From Tolypothrix carrinoi HA7290-LM1 (GTDB taxonomy: Bacteria; Cyanobacteriota; Cyanobacteriia; Cyanobacteriales; Nostocaceae), in contig JAHHIK010000002.1 of NCBI GenBank assembly GCA_019358935.1, forward strand, positions 105,507 to 169,506: a stretch of DNA of 64,000 nucleotides, written 5' to 3'. Both the position numbers and the translations under genes were made by a program. The notes beneath the pieces are model-generated. The model searched no databases and was not told the origin of the DNA. It was given only the letters and a program-made list of their open reading frames with translations. Of the stretch, positions 59,546-64,000 are shown in pieces (position 1 is the first letter of the stretch; every line of letters starts with the position of its first letter).

Positions 59546-59818
59546 CTACTCCCCCTCTCCCTCATCATCCTGAAAGGGGTGTTCGCCAATTCTCAGTTGT
59601 TTTTTCGTGCGTCTCAACTCTTTCCAAAGACTCTTTATTTGCTCGTATGCTTCTTCTGGTGGTAGTTTTCCACCTGTTTCTAAGTTGCAGATGTAGCTGA
59701 TTTTCTGAGCAAATTCCTGTAGATTCGCATTAAAAACTAAGTTTTCTGGCTTGACCTGACCGTAATAGCGACCGCGAGGATAGAGAAAATCGTCTTTATT
59801 CATTATTGTTATCTCCAT
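59546..59818 (-). CDS. Small conserved-looking cyanobacterial hypothetical protein
   Basis: FLYPRGRYYG..KPENLVFNANLQEFAQ...LETGGK; the start may be 59803. Confidence 0.75.
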   Translation of the reverse strand: MEITIMNKDDFLYPRGRYYGQVKPENLVFNANLQEFAQKISYICNLETGGKLPPEEAYEQIKSLWKELRRTKKQLRIGEHPFQDDEGEGE

Positions 59819-60194
59819 TGATTACACCCCTCTCACTCGTCAAGTAAAGTACGATTATTGGCACAGTCACGCTTATTGACTATGTTCGAGAGTTACTCAT
59901 TTAAATGCTGATTGTAATTAACTTAACTTGAAAGTACCAACTTGTATGTCGTATTCTATACATCAATTTTTTCCCTACTAAATTCCCCAAAAAAATATGA
60001 TTTGATTTTGATGTAAAAATACTATTCCAAATGTTAAAAAATATACGCTTTAGTCGGCTGACGATTGACTTGCGGAAAATTTTTTTTCGCTGTTTGTCAT
60101 TTGTCTCCAGTTAATGACTAATAACTAAAGATAAAATGGTTAAGCTCGAAAGCATCAAAGCTGCCGATCGCCTAAAAAAACTTTACCTGTCATC

Positions 60195-60932
60195 ATGAGT
60201 GTTAATTCAAAGATATACGAAGGCAAAGCAAAAATTCTCTATTCAACGGAAGATCCGGAAGTTTTGTTAGCTGATTTCAAAGATGATGCCACTGCCTTTA
60301 ATGCTCAAAAGCGTGGTAGTATTTTGGGTAAGGGAACTATAAATTGTAGCATCTCCGCTAAATTATTTCAAGAGTTGTCAACGCAAGGTATTAAAACTCA
60401 CTTTATTGACAGCCCAAAGCCAAATCAAATGCGGGTAAAGGCAGTGAAGATTGTGCCTTTAGAAGTAGTGGTGAGAAACATTGCTGCCGGCAGTCTGTGT
60501 CAGCAAACAGGATTGGCACTAGGAACCGTTCTCAAACAGCCTTTGGTAGAGTTTTATTACAAAAGCGATGAATTAGGAGATCCGTTGTTGACAAGCGATC
60601 GCCTGCGTCTACTAGAACTAGCAACTGCGGAACAAGTTGAGACAATAACCCATCTAGCATTGCAAATCAACGAGTTTCTCCGTGGCTTTTGGGAGCGGTG
60701 TGGAATTACACTAGTAGACTTCAAACTAGAATTTGGTGTGGACTCACAACAGCAATTGCTCTTAGCAGATGAAATTAGCCCCGACACCTGCCGTTTGTGG
60801 GATCAAGCCGAAAACGACCCCAACCGCCGAGTAATGGACAAAGACCGCTTCCGCCGAGACTTAGGGAATGTAGAAAATGCCTACCAGGAGGTTTTACAAC
60901 GAGTGCTGAAAGCAGTAGAAAGTAAAAAATGA
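60195..60932 (+). CDS. purC: SAICAR synthetase
   Basis: YEGKAK, FKDDATAFNA, EVVVRNIAAGS, LVDFKLEFG and ADEISPDTCRLWD. Confidence 0.97.
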   Translation: MSVNSKIYEGKAKILYSTEDPEVLLADFKDDATAFNAQKRGSILGKGTINCSISAKLFQELSTQGIKTHFIDSPKPNQMRVKAVKIVPLEVVVRNIAAGSLCQQTGLALGTVLKQPLVEFYYKSDELGDPLLTSDRLRLLELATAEQVETITHLALQINEFLRGFWERCGITLVDFKLEFGVDSQQQLLLADEISPDTCRLWDQAENDPNRRVMDKDRFRRDLGNVENAYQEVLQRVLKAVESKK

Positions 60933-61168
60933 AGGGGACTGAGGACTGGATATTTGATGAATGGAAAATGATTGAAAATTCTTTATTCGTAATTCTTACC
61001 TAATCCCTAGTCCAAGCGTCCCCAGTCCCTAATTTACTTTTGCCTTTTGGCTTCAGCCTAGTAAAGTAAAAAGACAAAAGAAAAAATTATGTTTATACTT
61101 TTAGCTTTTGTATAACAGCAAGATTGCTTTTCGTTATTTGTGTGGAAGTGAAGAGGAATGTGAATAAA

Positions 61169-63775
61169 ATGCGTTTATCTCCCGTATTGGTGGCGGCGTT
61201 GACAATTGCAGCCCCTTTGGGCAGCTCTTTGAGTGCAAATGCACAAACCCCTAATAGCTCAAAACAGAAACCAGTGGTTTTGCAACCAACGACAAATCAA
61301 GACTCGCAACTGGTAAATCAAAGTGCAAACACTCAAGGGGCAGCAGCCTTAAGAGTAGAACCGCGTTCCACCTCAAATGTGAATCTGGAAAACCTCAAAA
61401 AGCAGCCAGGTGTTGTCGCTGTCTTTCCGGCAAAGAAGCCAATAGTAATAATACCAAGCGTCACAGCGCCAATCACGGCACAAAACCCGCCGTCAAACCA
61501 AAATATTCCCGGTTCAAATACAGTTCCCGATATTCCCCCACCTGAGAATCAACAACAAGTTCCTTCCCAGAATTTGCCAACGCTGAATCCTAATCAGCCA
61601 ACACCTGAAGAAAACCAACAACAGCAAAATCAGCAACTCAATCAGCCAGCACCAGGAGAAAATCAACAACAGCAAAATCAACAACTCAATCAGCCAGCAC
61701 CAGGAGAAAATCAACAACAGCAAAATCAACAACTCAATCAACCAGCACCAGGAGAAACCCAACAACAGCAAAATCAACAACTCAATCAGCCAGCACCAGG
61801 AGAAAATCAACAACAGCAAAATCAACAACTCAATCAGCCAGCACCAGGAGAAAATCAACAACAGCCAAATCAACAACTCAATCAGCCAGCACCCGAACAA
61901 AATCAACAAAACGCAACCCCAGAAGCGACAGAATCCCGCGTTTTAGTATCAGAGGTATTGGTTAGAAGTCAGACAGGGCAGCAATTATTACCGGAACTAG
62001 AAAACCAAGTTTACTCTTCGATTCGCACCCAACCAGGAAGGACAACAACGCGATCGCAACTACAGGAAGATATCAACGCTATCTTTGGTACTGGTTACTT
62101 CTCTAACGTCCAAGCTGTGCCAGAAGATACTCCATTAGGCGTGCGCGTCAGCTTCGTAGTGCAGCCTAACCCTGTCTTAACTAAAGTCCAAATCCAGGCA
62201 AATCCTGGCACAAATGTTCCCTCGGTACTGCCTGCTAACACTGTTGATGAAATCTTTAAAGAGCAATATGGTGGCATCCTCAACTTGCGTAGCTTGCAGG
62301 AAGGCATCAAGAATTTAACCAAGCGCTATCAAGACCAAGGTTATGTACTAGCTAACGTGGTAGGTGCGCCGCAAGTAGCCGAAAACGGAGTTGTCACCCT
62401 ACAAGTAGCAGAAGGGGTGGTGGAAGATATTCGCGTTAGATTCCGCAACAAAGACGGTCAAGATACAGACGATAAAGGACGACCAATCCGGGGTCGGACG
62501 CGGGACTATATCGTTAAGCGAGAATTGGAATTGAAGCCCGGACAAGTCTTTAACCGCAACACAGTGCAAAAAGACTTGCAAAGGGTATTTGGACTAGGAC
62601 TATTTGAAGATATAAATGTTTCCCTTGACCCAGGTACTGACCCTAGCAAGGTGGATGTAGTAGTGAATGTGGCTGAACGCAACAGTGGTTCCATCGCAGC
62701 AGGAGCCGGGATTAGTTCTGCCAGTGGGCTGTTTGGTACTATCAGCTATCAGCAGCAAAATTTAGGGGGAAGAAACCAAAAACTAGGTGCGGAGTTACAA
62801 GTAGGACAAAGAGAATTGCTGTTTGATTTGCGGTTTACAGACCCGTGGATTGCCGGCGATCCTAACCGCACTTCCTACACAGCGAATATTTTCCGCCGTC
62901 GGTCGATTTCGTTGATTTTTGATGGAGATGATGGCGATATTGAAACGTATAATCCCGCAGATCCGAGTGATGATGATGCTTCTCGCCCGCGTGTTGTCCG
63001 TCTAGGTGGCGGTGTCACCTTTACTCGTCCTTTGTCCGGTAATCCCTTCAAAAATTCCGAATGGACAGCTTCAGCAGGTTTGCAGTATCAAAGAATTTCG
63101 ATCACTGATTCCGATGGCGATGTCAGAAGGCTAGGACGAGTTGAGGATAGTCCTAACCCTAACGACATACTTCAACTAAGTCAATCTGGGGAAGGTAGAG
63201 ACGACTTGCTGCTATTGCAACTAGGAGCAGCACGCGATCGCCGTAACAACTCCTTGCAACCTACCAGAGGTTCTTTTCTCCGCTTCGGGGTCGATCAATC
63301 AGTACCAGTGGGATTAGGCAGCATTTTCCTGACTAGATTCCGGGGTAGCTACAGCCAATATGTCCCCGTCAGATTTACAAACTTTAACAAAGGACCGCAA
63401 ACCCTCGCTTTCAACATTCAAGGTGGAACCGTCCTAGGTGACTTACCTCCTTACGAAGCCTTTACCCTTGGTGGTAGCAACTCCGTCCGGGGCTATGAAG
63501 AAGGAGCATTAGGTAGTGGACGCTCTTATGTACAAGCATCCCTTGAATATCGCTTCCCTGTATTTTCCGTAGTTAGTGGCGCACTATTTTTTGATCTCGG
63601 TACTGACCTGGGAAGCAGCACTAGGTCAGCTGATTTACTGAACAAAAACGGCACTGGCTACGGCTACGGTTTAGGCGTGCGCGTCCAGTCCCCATTAGGA
63701 CCGATTCGCGTTGACTACGGCATCAACGACGATGGCGACAGCCGAATCAACTTTGGGATTGGGGAAAGGTTTTAA
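61169..63775 (+). CDS. bamA: Omp85/BamA outer-membrane protein assembly factor
   Basis: Signal peptide MRLSPVL, POTRA domains, VRGYEEG and C-terminal FGIGERF. Confidence 0.93.
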   Translation: MRLSPVLVAALTIAAPLGSSLSANAQTPNSSKQKPVVLQPTTNQDSQLVNQSANTQGAAALRVEPRSTSNVNLENLKKQPGVVAVFPAKKPIVIIPSVTAPITAQNPPSNQNIPGSNTVPDIPPPENQQQVPSQNLPTLNPNQPTPEENQQQQNQQLNQPAPGENQQQQNQQLNQPAPGENQQQQNQQLNQPAPGETQQQQNQQLNQPAPGENQQQQNQQLNQPAPGENQQQPNQQLNQPAPEQNQQNATPEATESRVLVSEVLVRSQTGQQLLPELENQVYSSIRTQPGRTTTRSQLQEDINAIFGTGYFSNVQAVPEDTPLGVRVSFVVQPNPVLTKVQIQANPGTNVPSVLPANTVDEIFKEQYGGILNLRSLQEGIKNLTKRYQDQGYVLANVVGAPQVAENGVVTLQVAEGVVEDIRVRFRNKDGQDTDDKGRPIRGRTRDYIVKRELELKPGQVFNRNTVQKDLQRVFGLGLFEDINVSLDPGTDPSKVDVVVNVAERNSGSIAAGAGISSASGLFGTISYQQQNLGGRNQKLGAELQVGQRELLFDLRFTDPWIAGDPNRTSYTANIFRRRSISLIFDGDDGDIETYNPADPSDDDASRPRVVRLGGGVTFTRPLSGNPFKNSEWTASAGLQYQRISITDSDGDVRRLGRVEDSPNPNDILQLSQSGEGRDDLLLLQLGAARDRRNNSLQPTRGSFLRFGVDQSVPVGLGSIFLTRFRGSYSQYVPVRFTNFNKGPQTLAFNIQGGTVLGDLPPYEAFTLGGSNSVRGYEEGALGSGRSYVQASLEYRFPVFSVVSGALFFDLGTDLGSSTRSADLLNKNGTGYGYGLGVRVQSPLGPIRVDYGINDDGDSRINFGIGERF
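61592..61912 (+). repeat. 48-bp coding tandem repeat (NQPAPGENQQQQNQQL x6 plus a partial unit) in the BamA N-terminal region
   Basis: Direct reading of DNA and protein. Confidence 0.92.
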
Positions 63776-63777
63776 GG

Positions 63778-63840
63778 AGTTAGTGGTTAGTGGGTAGTGG
63801 GTAATGGGTAATGGGTAGTGGGTAATGGATAATGGGTAAT
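63778..63840. repeat. STRR heptamer tract after bamA
   Basis: (TAGTGGG/TAATGGG)n. Confidence 0.8.
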
Positions 63841-64000
63841 TTTTGACAACGCTCCAACCAACAACCATCAATTAACTACTAACCCAAGTTGCGGGTTATC
63901 GATTGATACGGCTTGTGATCACTCAATTCATGCGATCGCGTACAACAAAGTGGCGTTGGTGCGTAGCGCCAACGTGCCGATGCCGTTGTTACCAGTATTC

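Noticed and set aside
63870..64000. Possible gene end or element at the window edge
   Set aside because: Too short to assign; no frame gives a recognisable motif.

Overview
A 64-kb chromosomal window from a heterocyst-forming filamentous cyanobacterium (Nostocales-type). This is supported by hepC/hepA, very frequent HIP1 octamers (GCGATCGC), 7-bp STRR tandem repeats and small dispersed repeats in most intergenic regions. The housekeeping backbone comprises the end of a heterocyst envelope polysaccharide cluster (two GT4 genes, hepA, hepC), lapA-like, scpA, cugP-like, speA, ndk, terC-like, acs, the high-affinity CO2 uptake operon (ndhF3-ndhD3-cupA-cupS), a MarR-EmrA-MFS-EmrB efflux operon, an ArnT-like GT, the slr0373/ycf46/DUF1257-type stress operon, sqdB...sqdX, cyaB1, purC and bamA/omp85. 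Two accessory regions stand out. (1) About 13.9-24.4 kb is a defence-island-like block: a MazF-type toxin with an internal stop, a Zorya-like zorA/zorB pair preceded by a small unknown gene and followed by a broken third gene, an unknown two-gene pair, a MITE, a 21-bp palindromic tandem array, and a small Bell-like protein plus an NB-ARC-TPR NLR. The last two share a near-identical N/G/I-rich motif (NENWQG[IV]NIKGG), the architecture of amyloid-signalling immune pairs. (2) About 46.4-49.3 kb holds a PIN toxin-antitoxin pair and an ICMT-family gene, each followed by attC-like sequence (a possible integrase-less cassette array), and a decayed IS607. No rRNA, tRNA or CRISPR array was recognised. 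All calls come from reading the sequence and recalling family motifs; no searches were run.
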